Counted from the first letter of the stretch, positions 1 through 7,434 are shown. The stretch: DNA of 32,000 nucleotides from Methylorubrum extorquens (GCA_900234795.1 LT962688.1:5670001-5702000), one strand, 5' to 3'. Numbers and translations: made by a program. The notes: generated by a model from the letters alone, not told the origin.

Positions 1-352
1 GGCTAATTGCTGCCATCGTGCGATTTTGTCGACGGTGGATGGCAAGCTACTGGCGGAGATAGTAAGGCACCGCACCAAACTATAAGATGGATACAAGAGG
101 CCGGTGCTATATACTGATTTGAAGCCGGCCATATGGCGAGCATGTAATCGGTTCCTGGTTATCGCCAACTTCCGGCGCGCTGTTGCCAAGTTCTGCTAAT
201 ACTTCGATAGCGGACCTTCGCATACGTAAATTCGTATGTCCGCTGACCACCCCATCCGGACCTTCGCCAGCGGCGCTTCCAGGGTCCGCTTAGGGTCAGG
301 AGTTCGCACTCCGCTTGTTCAGCTGTGTGCCAATTTTGTTCTCTAATGAGTC

Positions 353-367
353 AATGGGCGGCAGCTC
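353..367. repeat. Inverted repeat, copy at the 3' side of the transposase gene
   Basis: AATGGGCGGCAGCTC read directly. It is the exact reverse complement of 1644-1658. Confidence 0.9.
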
Positions 368-578
368 AATCCAGAGCGTTCGACGCTTTCGGGTGCCTGC
401 GTTCTCTACGTGCTCGTGCGGCACTTGATGGGGTCAGCTGGGTGCAAAGCGGCTCGGTTGAAAGCGCAGTCGGCGCAAGGCCGCATGCTACAGAATCGGC
501 GCCATCTTCTGCTCCCTTCCTCGGGCGTCGCTCCCGCTCGGGAGCTCGGTTCGGCCTCCTGTCCGGTGATGTCAGCCG

Positions 579-1592
579 CTACGCAGGTCGGAACTCGGTG
601 CCCTGCCGCAGCATCGCGTGCATGATGATCGCTAGCCGGCGCGCGAGAGCGATGCGGGCCTTGCGCATCGTAGAGCGCTTCGCGATGGCCAGAGCCCAAG
701 CCTTCAGCTTCAGGGGCTGCCTGCAGCGCGTCAGCATCACGTTGGCGGCTTCGTACAGCAGCGTTCTGACCCGCCGGTCGCCGCACTTCGAGATGCTACC
801 GGTGTAGTCGACCTCGCCCGATTGGTAGCGTCGCGGAACAAGGCCAAGATACGGACCGACGTCGCGGGAGCGCCTGAAGCGCTCAGGATCATCGACGGCT
901 GCCGTGAAAGCGAGCGCGGTGAGTTGACCGACGCCCGGGATCGTCATCAACCGCCGGCAGGCATCTGAGGCTCGGACCATCCGCTTGATATCTGCATCGA
1001 TGGCGGCGACAGCTGCCAGCACGGCAGCTCGTGCTCCGATCAGGCCGCGCATGGCGGCGGACAGTCCAGCGATCCCCTCGCTCGAACGCAGAGCCTGCTC
1101 GATGAACGCAGGGCTGAGCGCCCGCGGTAGCCGCACCCCGAACACGACGGCAAGACCGCGGATCTGGTTCTCCAGCGTGACCCGCTGGCCGACCAGCTTC
1201 TTGCGCGCGATGATCAACGACCTCACGGCGTGTGCCGGCAGCGACTTCACGTGCACCGGCTTGAAGAAGCCTGTTCGTGCCAGATGAGCCAGACCGCGCG
1301 CATCGTTCCGGTCGGTCTTGTGCGTCGTAAGCGACTTCAAGGCTTGGTAAGCCTGCCGGCTCTCGACGCAGACGACCGGCACACCATGGTCGGCCAAGCC
1401 GTGGAACAGCATTGGAGCCATCCGGCCTGTCTCGAACACAACCCGACGGCAGGCAGGCGCCTTCGCGAGTTCCTGCGCGATGTCGGCAGGCGTAGAGGCC
1501 ACCTTCGCCTGATGGGTAACTACTCCGTCGCGGTCGACCACGCAGACGTGCGTCTCCTCCATCGAGACATCTAGGCCAGCGAAATACTCCAT
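579..1592 (-). CDS. IS110 family transposase (DEDD recombinase)
   Basis: 337-aa ORF. The N-terminus MEYFAGLDVSMEETHVCVVDRDG is typical of the DEDD/RuvC-like domain of IS110 transposases. The C-terminal part carries the LMTIPGVGQLTALAF helix-hairpin-helix-like motif of the Transposase_20 domain. RBS GAGGAGG sits 6 nt upstream of the ATG. Confidence 0.92.
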   Translation of the reverse strand: MEYFAGLDVSMEETHVCVVDRDGVVTHQAKVASTPADIAQELAKAPACRRVVFETGRMAPMLFHGLADHGVPVVCVESRQAYQALKSLTTHKTDRNDARGLAHLARTGFFKPVHVKSLPAHAVRSLIIARKKLVGQRVTLENQIRGLAVVFGVRLPRALSPAFIEQALRSSEGIAGLSAAMRGLIGARAAVLAAVAAIDADIKRMVRASDACRRLMTIPGVGQLTALAFTAAVDDPERFRRSRDVGPYLGLVPRRYQSGEVDYTGSISKCGDRRVRTLLYEAANVMLTRCRQPLKLKAWALAIAKRSTMRKARIALARRLAIIMHAMLRQGTEFRPA

Positions 1593-1643
1593 AATCAGCC
1601 TCCTCTTCCGGCAGCGGAGCCGATCCTATCGACTTCCGCAGAA

Positions 1644-1658
1644 GAGCTGCCGCCCATT
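1644..1658. repeat. Inverted repeat, copy at the 5' side of the transposase gene
   Basis: GAGCTGCCGCCCATT read directly. It is the exact reverse complement of 353-367. Confidence 0.9.
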
Positions 1659-2066
1659 ACCCGATGTTGAAAAATTTGCGTCGGATTTGGATCCAGTGCT
1701 GAGCGGCCGCGCGCCGGTCCGGTGTAACTGGCGGCATGCCTAATTCGAATCCGACCGTCAGCGAACTCTTCAAGGCCAAGGCCATCACCGACGAGCAGGT
1801 GAACGCGGCGGTAGAGGTGTAAATTTCGGATTTAGAATCGGGCATCTTTCCGATTGATGATGGACATGTCGTCGATGCCGATGCGGTGGTCGTCCCGTAT
1901 TTTGGGCCGGTCACGCCATCGCCAACGCGGGGTCGAGCCTTGGCTTGGAGCGTGGCGCCGTCCGCATCGCGATCTTGCTGGCGCGGGCTCAGAAGGCTTG
2001 AGGAAGATCGGCCGGTAAACCTAAAGCGACCCGGCCACCCTATGCCGTCGGCCCGGCCATCAACCG

Positions 2067-2462
2067 GCAGCCGTGATGCTCCTTCCCGAACTTGCGCCCG
2101 ATCATCTCCCGCCTGAGGCTGCTGAGTGGCGGAAAGCCTTCGGCACCCTGCGCCCCAACTCCTCGCCGTGACTGTATCTCGGCACCACGGCCTGGGCGAA
2201 CATCCACGAGGCCTGCACGGACTTCATCGAGCGCTTCGGCGCCGAGGCCGTGCGCTTAGGCTGGACTGCGCCACAGATCTTTGGCGTCCACCCCCAGCAC
2301 CCCACGTTGCGCATCGACTGGTGCGGGGTGATGGTCACCGGAGGGCATAAGGCGATCGGTATCGAGCCGAGCCGGATCCTGTTCGGCAACGTAAGCGGCT
2401 ACCGGAACACTCCCGGCGCGCCAATAGGCAAGCCGATTTGGGAGTTCGCTACGAGGCGGTGA
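2067..2462 (+). pseudogene. Frameshifted conserved-looking hypothetical gene
   Basis: The ATG at 2067 gives MLLPELAPDHLPPEAAEWRKAFGTLRPNSSP and then a stop at 2169-2171. A second frame opens at 2172 and runs to 2462: LYLGTTAWANIHEACTDFIERFGAEAVRLGWTAPQIFGVHPQHPTLRIDWCGVMV...PIWEF. This protein-like sequence has no start of its own except an internal GTG at 2250. The pattern suggests a single frameshift near 2150-2172. Family not recognised. Confidence 0.35.
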
Positions 2463-2968
2463 GCCTGAGCCCTACAGCCTGCAGCATACGCCCGTAGTAC
2501 CAGCCGAAGCCGCGCGCTGGCGGCACTTCGCCCCGCAGCTGGTGAATACCGCCATCCTTACGAGGCTCCCGGACTTCTCCATCGGCCAAGCCTTTGAGTC
2601 ATGGTAGGGCGCCACACAGACGAAGATTGCTCGGCCGAATCTCGGCAGTCACAACCACGAGAATGAGCCCTCTAGCCAAAGGATTGACATGCTGAAACAA
2701 AACTAGAAAGTGGCGTAAATTATTTGAATATTATTTCGAACGACAGATGCCACGATTTCTTGATTGTGCTTCTGACGATAAAGTCTCAGTAGTCTAAATT
2801 TAGATAATCATGTTGACGCATCGGTGAAAATCAAAATGTCATGTGGCAGATTTAGCACAGACGAATGCGGTTTGGTGCGACTAATGTGATTGCTGAGCGC
2901 TTGTAGCGATTACGTACGCTCGAAGCTGCATCTCGATATTTCGCTCATTCTTGATCAAGAGGCTTGTG

Positions 2969-3946
2969 ATGTCTTCAGGTCCGGCGCCGTCGATTTCAAC
3001 ATCTAGATTTTACGTCGTCCGGCAGACGCCTGGGACAGCGCAATACACCATCACCGATGGCTTTGATTTCCCTTATACTATCACTGACATTTCAGATGGC
3101 GCCAGTGACAACACCGCCGTCCTCGAAGCGAGCGGCAGAGATACCATGCAGCTCACGAGCGGGACCGGCAACGGAAGCGGTCCGGCAACCTATCTCGGTC
3201 GGACTGTAAACCAAGGCGACGTCTTCGCCCTCTCAGGTGGCCAAACCTCTCTGCTATCGAATAACAACTATCCCAATGGGACAGTTGTAACACTCACGAC
3301 AGGATCAACCGCTCTCTGCTTCGTGTCTGGTACGCGGATCCGCACGAGCCGCGGCGACGTGGCCGTCGAGGATCTCCAAGTCGGCGACATCGCAGTGACA
3401 GCCTCCGGCACCTTGCGGCCGATCATCTGGATTGGCCACCGCGAGATGGAGGCCGCGGGTGCGGTCCTTCCCTTCCACCAGCAGCCGGTGCGTGTCCGCG
3501 CGGGCGCCTTCGGCCAGGGTTTGCCGGCCCGCGACCTCAGCCTCTCGCCGGGCCACCCGATCCTGGTAGGCGCCGATGCCGACGGCCAGGGTGGTGCGCT
3601 CGTGCCCGTGATGTGCCTCATCAATGGCACCACGATCACCCGCGAGCCGATCGCCGGCGTTACCTACTGGCACGTGGAACTGGATGCCCACGACATCCTG
3701 CTGGCCGAGGGCCTACCGGCGGAGAGTTACATCGACGGCCGCGACCGCGCCTTTTTCGTCGAAGCGTCCGACCACGCTCTACACAATCCGGACTTCGTGC
3801 CCACGGGCTGGAACGGCCGCTGCCGTCCCGTCGCGGTCGACGGTCCGGTCGTCGAGGCGGAGCGGGTGCGGCTCGACGCAGTGTTCGCCGGCGTCCTGAG
3901 CGAGCAGTGCGAGTGGGATGCTGCGAGCGCTTGGAAGACGGTGTGA
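2969..3946 (+). CDS. Hint-domain (Hint_2/PF13403-like) protein with a unique N-terminal region
   Basis: The ORF track gives 2951..3946. I prefer the ATG at 2969, which lies 6 nt after RBS AAGAGG. Residues from ALCFVSGTRIRTSRGDVAVEDLQVGDIAVT...WIGHR through HDILLAEGLPAESYID match the Hedgehog/intein-like Hint module common in Rhizobiales and Rhodobacterales proteins. Confidence 0.8.
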   Translation: MSSGPAPSISTSRFYVVRQTPGTAQYTITDGFDFPYTITDISDGASDNTAVLEASGRDTMQLTSGTGNGSGPATYLGRTVNQGDVFALSGGQTSLLSNNNYPNGTVVTLTTGSTALCFVSGTRIRTSRGDVAVEDLQVGDIAVTASGTLRPIIWIGHREMEAAGAVLPFHQQPVRVRAGAFGQGLPARDLSLSPGHPILVGADADGQGGALVPVMCLINGTTITREPIAGVTYWHVELDAHDILLAEGLPAESYIDGRDRAFFVEASDHALHNPDFVPTGWNGRCRPVAVDGPVVEAERVRLDAVFAGVLSEQCEWDAASAWKTV

Positions 3947-3956
3947 CGTAACGAGC

Positions 3957-3991
3957 GGGCGGCCGAGTCCTACGACCGGCCGTCCACTTTT
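3957..3991 (+). terminator. Candidate terminator between the convergent Hint and umuC genes
   Basis: Imperfect stem GGGCGGCCG (3957-3965) / CGGCCGTCC (3977-3985) with one mismatch, followed by ACTTTT. The T run overlaps the umuC stop codon. Confidence 0.4.
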
Positions 3992-5321
3992 AGGCCTGCG
4001 CGACCGGCAGCTCATTCACCTGCGTCGTGTAGCGCGGCGTGCGCATCTCGAACTTCGTCGACCAGGCCCGCCGCTGTTGCGCCAGCCCGGCCCGCGCCGG
4101 CACCACGCTGCCGCGGCCGAAGCGGACGTTGCAGGCGTCCATCGCGCCCATGAGCTGTGTCGAGCGTTCGCGGTCGAGCCGGCCGATCAACGCGCGCTGC
4201 GAGGCAGCGAGCGGTACGAGGTCGACCGTCACCACACCTGCCTTCGAGTAGCGCCAGGGCGGGCTGCCCTGCTCGCGCCACGTGCGTGCCACGCCGTGCA
4301 GCGCCGCTGAGATCAGCGCCAGCGTGTCGTTGGTCGCCTCTGGTAGCGTCACTACGGTCGAGACCGAGCGCATCGGCTCGCCGCGTTCGTGCTCGCTCGT
4401 GTGATAGAAGACCGTGATGTGATCGGTGCCGAGTCCTTCTCTTCGCAGCTTCTCGCCCAGCCGCGTCGCGTGGGCGGCGACCGCCTGCTCAAGCTCGGCC
4501 CGCTCCGTCACCCGGCCGGAGAACGAGCGCGTCACAGCGCAGTCCTTACGTCGTGCCGGCACAAGTTCGAGCCCAAGGCAGGACACGCCGCGCAGTTCGT
4601 GAATGATGCGCTCGCCCACCACCGTCAGCGCCTTGCGCACCGGACGCGGATCGATGTCACGCAGGTCCGCCACGGTGTCGATGCCCATAGCTTCGAGCTT
4701 CGGCAGCGAGGCGCGGCCGACGCCCCACAGTTCGCCAACGTGGATGCGGCAAAGCCAGTGCTCATAAGCCGTGGGATCGGTCAGGTCGCAGACACCGTCG
4801 AGTTCGGGCACCGTCTTGGCGATGTGGTTGGCGAGCTTCGCGAGCGTTTTGGTCGGGCCGATGCCGACGCAGGTCGGGATGCCGGTCCAGGCTCGCACGG
4901 TGGCGCGGATGTCCCGGGCGAGCGCGACGCGGTCCCGGCGCACGAAGCCGGTCAAATCGAGGAAGCTCTCGTCGATCGAGTACACCTCCACGTCGGGAGT
5001 GGCGTCGCGGTAGATCGCGTTGATGCGCGCCGACATGTCCCCGTAGAGGGTGTAGTTCGACGAGAACACGCGCACGCCCTGAGCTTCGCAGAGGCCAGGG
5101 ATCTTGAAGTAGGGATCCCCCATCTTGATCCCGAGTGCCTTGGCCTCGGGCGTGCGGGCGATAGCGCATCCATCGTTATTGCTCCGCACAATCACGGGAA
5201 TTCGGGCGAGCTTCGCGTCGAACACGCGCTCGCACGAACAGTAAAAGCTGTTGCCGTCGATCAGCGCGAGGGCTCGCCCGCCCCCAATCCGATCGCGCAG
5301 GCGCGCCTCGGCGCCATTCAT
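3990..5321 (-). CDS. umuC: Y-family translesion DNA polymerase, UmuC-like (Pol V catalytic subunit)
   Basis: ALIDGNSFYCSCERVFDAKL...VIVRSNNDGCAIARTPEAKALGIKMGDPYFKI is the canonical UmuC/ImpB N-terminus. I place the start at the ATG at 5321 (MNGAEARL...). It overlaps the umuD stop by 4 bp (ATGA at 5318-5321). The ORF-track start at 5378 is probably too long. Confidence 0.9.
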   Translation of the reverse strand: MNGAEARLRDRIGGGRALALIDGNSFYCSCERVFDAKLARIPVIVRSNNDGCAIARTPEAKALGIKMGDPYFKIPGLCEAQGVRVFSSNYTLYGDMSARINAIYRDATPDVEVYSIDESFLDLTGFVRRDRVALARDIRATVRAWTGIPTCVGIGPTKTLAKLANHIAKTVPELDGVCDLTDPTAYEHWLCRIHVGELWGVGRASLPKLEAMGIDTVADLRDIDPRPVRKALTVVGERIIHELRGVSCLGLELVPARRKDCAVTRSFSGRVTERAELEQAVAAHATRLGEKLRREGLGTDHITVFYHTSEHERGEPMRSVSTVVTLPEATNDTLALISAALHGVARTWREQGSPPWRYSKAGVVTVDLVPLAASQRALIGRLDRERSTQLMGAMDACNVRFGRGSVVPARAGLAQQRRAWSTKFEMRTPRYTTQVNELPVAQA

Positions 5322-5785
5322 CGGCCTTGACCGGCACGGGCGACATGCCAGCGGATGGTGAAGCGCACCACACCCCACACGTTGACCTCGGCCAGTTCGT
5401 CCAGGGCGTAGAGCGGCAGCTCGGCATTATCGAAGGAGAGGTGCGCCCGGTTTCCCTCGACCACCAAGCGCTTGATTGACATCTCGCCGTCCACCGCCGC
5501 CGCCACGACGCTGCCGTGGCTGGGCTTGAGGCTGCGATCGACGCAGGCGAGATCCCCGTCGAAGATCCCGGCGTCGCGCATCGAGTCACCGGCGATGCGC
5601 CAGAGAAAGGTGGCGGGTGGATTCCGCACTAGCCAGCGCGGCAGCTCGAGGGCGTTCTCGACGAAGTCGTCGGCCGGCGACGGAAAACCCGCGCAGAGCG
5701 CCGGACACATCAGCGGCACACGAACTGTGGAAAAACCTTCCGATGGCAGCTCTGCGACCGTGTGCAGCCTCACCCAAGCCCCCAT
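5318..5785 (-). CDS. umuD: UmuD-like S24 peptidase (LexA-family self-cleaving accessory subunit)
   Basis: An Ala-Gly cleavage site lies in LCAGFPSPADD. The Ser nucleophile is in the GDSM motif (RIAGDSMRDAGI) and the Lys in MSIKRL. The gene lies directly upstream of umuC with a coupling overlap. The start is uncertain (ATG 5785 or GTG 5773). Confidence 0.85.
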   Translation of the reverse strand: MGAWVRLHTVAELPSEGFSTVRVPLMCPALCAGFPSPADDFVENALELPRWLVRNPPATFLWRIAGDSMRDAGIFDGDLACVDRSLKPSHGSVVAAAVDGEMSIKRLVVEGNRAHLSFDNAELPLYALDELAEVNVWGVVRFTIRWHVARAGQGR

Positions 5786-5793
5786 CTGCTATA

Positions 5794-5808
5794 GAACAAA
5801 TGAAGAAC
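5794..5808. promoter_or_regulatory. Alphaproteobacterial LexA (SOS) box, GAAC-N7-GAAC
   Basis: GAACAAATGAAGAAC read directly (GTTC-N7-GTTC on the umuD strand). It sits 9 nt upstream of the umuD ATG, inside the 112-bp divergent intergenic region. Confidence 0.7.
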
Positions 5809-5897
5809 AAACAGCAGGCCGGCAGGCCGTTCAATCAGCTTGATGCACCAAGCCCAATCGGTCGTTCGCGGCTGTGGATAACGGGGATGGAGGAGTG

Positions 5898-6164
5898 ATG
5901 ACGATGTCGCAGGAGCGCTGCCACTTTCACTGCACGGACGGCAACGACGTGGTTTTCGACCTAAAGGGACGGGCGGTGGCCGAGGTGGATCTCCGCCCGA
6001 TCTGCGCAAGGGTAGCAGCCGAGCTGATGCAGGGCTGCGCAACTCCGATCGATTGGTCGGCGTGGATTGTCGACGTGCACGACGCCTACGGTCAGCACGT
6101 GATGACGTTTGGCTTCGACGAGATCGCCAATGAGGTTGGCTTCCTGCCGGCGCTTGCAGCTTGA
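5898..6164 (+). CDS. Small protein, DUF6894-like
   Basis: MTMSQERCHFHCTDGNDVVFDLKGRAVAEVD...IVDVHDAYGQHVMTFGFDE resembles the F-F-H-x-x-D-G ... D-x-x-G N-terminal pattern and overall length of DUF6894 proteins. RBS GGAGGAG lies at 5889-5895. The start is ATG 5898 or ATG 5904. Confidence 0.5.
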   Translation: MTMSQERCHFHCTDGNDVVFDLKGRAVAEVDLRPICARVAAELMQGCATPIDWSAWIVDVHDAYGQHVMTFGFDEIANEVGFLPALAA

Positions 6165-6179
6165 GGAGAGCCGTAGACC

Positions 6180-6428
6180 ATGAAGACGACCTACCTCGTG
6201 CAGACGCTCGTGTTGAAGCGGGAGCGGCTAATCCCGGGCGATCGGCAGGCCTCGCCGACGAGTAGCGGTGCGATGAAGCGAGCCGAGGCGATGGCGACGC
6301 GCATGCCGGGGACGGCCGCCTTGCAGATCGTGGCCGACGAGGAGACCGGCGAACTCGAGAGTGCTACGATCCTCGGTCAGTACGGCGAGGTGCCGGACGA
6401 TTTTGCTGAGAGCCTGCAGGCAGCCTGA
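6180..6428 (+). CDS. Small hypothetical protein (82 aa)
   Basis: RBS GAGGAGAG overlaps the stop of the previous gene, and the gap is 15 nt. The composition is protein-like: MKTTYLVQTLVLKRERL...ILGQYGEVPDDF. Family not recognised. Confidence 0.5.
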   Translation: MKTTYLVQTLVLKRERLIPGDRQASPTSSGAMKRAEAMATRMPGTAALQIVADEETGELESATILGQYGEVPDDFAESLQAA

Positions 6429-6439
6429 GGGAGGTCGCA

Positions 6440-6658
6440 GTGCAAACCTACAGCCTCGCACCGGACGGTGAGCCCGGCGCCTTCACAGTTTTGATCGACC
6501 GCGAGATGGCGGGACGCGTCATCGCCCGGGTCGAACACCCCGGCCTCTGGCACATCGAGGATCAGAACGGCCGGTTTATGGGACGTGCTGGCATGCGCGA
6601 GCAGGGTGCCGAGTTCCTGGCTGCCTGGTTTCTCGCCGACGATCAGGCCTGGTCGTAA
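6440..6658 (+). CDS. Small hypothetical protein (72 aa)
   Basis: GTG start 6 nt after RBS GGGAGG, with an 11-nt gap from the previous gene. Family not recognised. Confidence 0.45.
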   Translation: MQTYSLAPDGEPGAFTVLIDREMAGRVIARVEHPGLWHIEDQNGRFMGRAGMREQGAEFLAAWFLADDQAWS

Positions 6659-6705
6659 CAAAAAGGTTAGTTCGCCACCGATAGTTCCTGCACGACAGGT
6701 GGCGC

Positions 6706-7002
6706 TCAATCGCACAGCCTAATCTCAGCCAAATCCGCCGGTACGTTGCTGAGGATAGGAAGGGTGATCGTGCCGACCTCTTCGGCTGAGCCAAGCTCCG
6801 TATGGTACGGCTCCGTCTCGCCTATCCCTGAAACGAAGCAGCGGCGCCACTCCATAACCGCTTCAGCTTCGGCACGTTTAAGCGCGCGCTCATACATCTC
6901 ACGCAGAGTCGGTTCACCGGCTCCTATCAGTCGCCCGCGCCGCTCAATAACATTGCATAGCCGGAGGAGGGCGGACCGGACCCAATAACGACCCGTGATC
7001 AC
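6706..7002 (-). CDS. Hypothetical protein, possibly the 3' part of a frameshifted gene
   Basis: 98-aa ORF with plausible composition (...EPTLREMYERALKRAEAEAVMEWRR...). It overlaps the 3' end of ORF 6944..7186 on the same strand in another frame, so it could be one gene broken by a frameshift. No family recognised. Confidence 0.3.
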   Translation of the reverse strand: MITGRYWVRSALLRLCNVIERRGRLIGAGEPTLREMYERALKRAEAEAVMEWRRCFVSGIGETEPYHTELGSAEEVGTITLPILSNVPADLAEIRLCD

Positions 7003-7434
7003 GGCTGCGTAGACCCTGTTGCGCCATCGTTGGAAGCCAGTGGTGGACTATTAGCCTGTTCTCGACCATCAAGGCGCATGGCCCATCAAATAGTTTCGGC
7101 CACTTGCGGGGAACGCCTGTGCTCCATGCATCGTGACGCCCTGGAATCGCCCCCTCTAACTTCTGTTGGTTCCGCCTCATCGGCACCTCGTTCCATCAAC
7201 GGAACGAATAGTTCCACAACGCGGAGCTAATGCGCAGTGTGGTTCAGCTGAATCAGTTGACCTAGCGTTCCATATTTCCGACGCCTAACTCCGAATTGCT
7301 CCCCAACGCCTTTCTTAGCAACAAAAATCCTACTGCGGCTTCAGGGGCTCAACCGGGCGGGGTGATCGTCAGTGTTCCCGAGCCTACGCAGTCTTGTGAC
7401 TCGCGTTTCTCGCCCGCTTCAGCATTGAAGCGAT

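Larger units (their letters stand above)
353..1658 (-). mobile_element. IS110-family insertion sequence with IS1111-like architecture
   Basis: A perfect 15-bp inverted repeat brackets the transposase ORF: AATGGGCGGCAGCTC at 353-367 and its reverse complement at 1644-1658. The 1306-bp span fits IS110-family size. Relative to the minus-strand CDS, the 5' non-coding end is short (66 nt) and the 3' non-coding end is long (226 nt including the IR). True termini may lie a few bp outside the IRs if they are subterminal. Confidence 0.75.

Noticed and set aside
325-807. ORFs 325..807 (+), 406..786 (-) and 410..625 (+) at the IS 3' end
   Set aside because: They overlap the transposase 3' end or the IS non-coding end and have Arg/Ala/Ser-rich composition with no motifs. 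The region is better explained as a structured non-coding IS end.
1741-1764. tRNA T-loop-like string TTCGAATCCGACCGTC, resembling the tRNA-Ser 3' end (TTCGAATCCCTCCGTC)
   Set aside because: It could have been the distal att repeat of the island. However, it is in the opposite orientation to the tRNA gene, matches only 14 of 16 positions over a short span, and lies inside a small protein-like ORF. It is most likely coincidence or an unrelated remnant.
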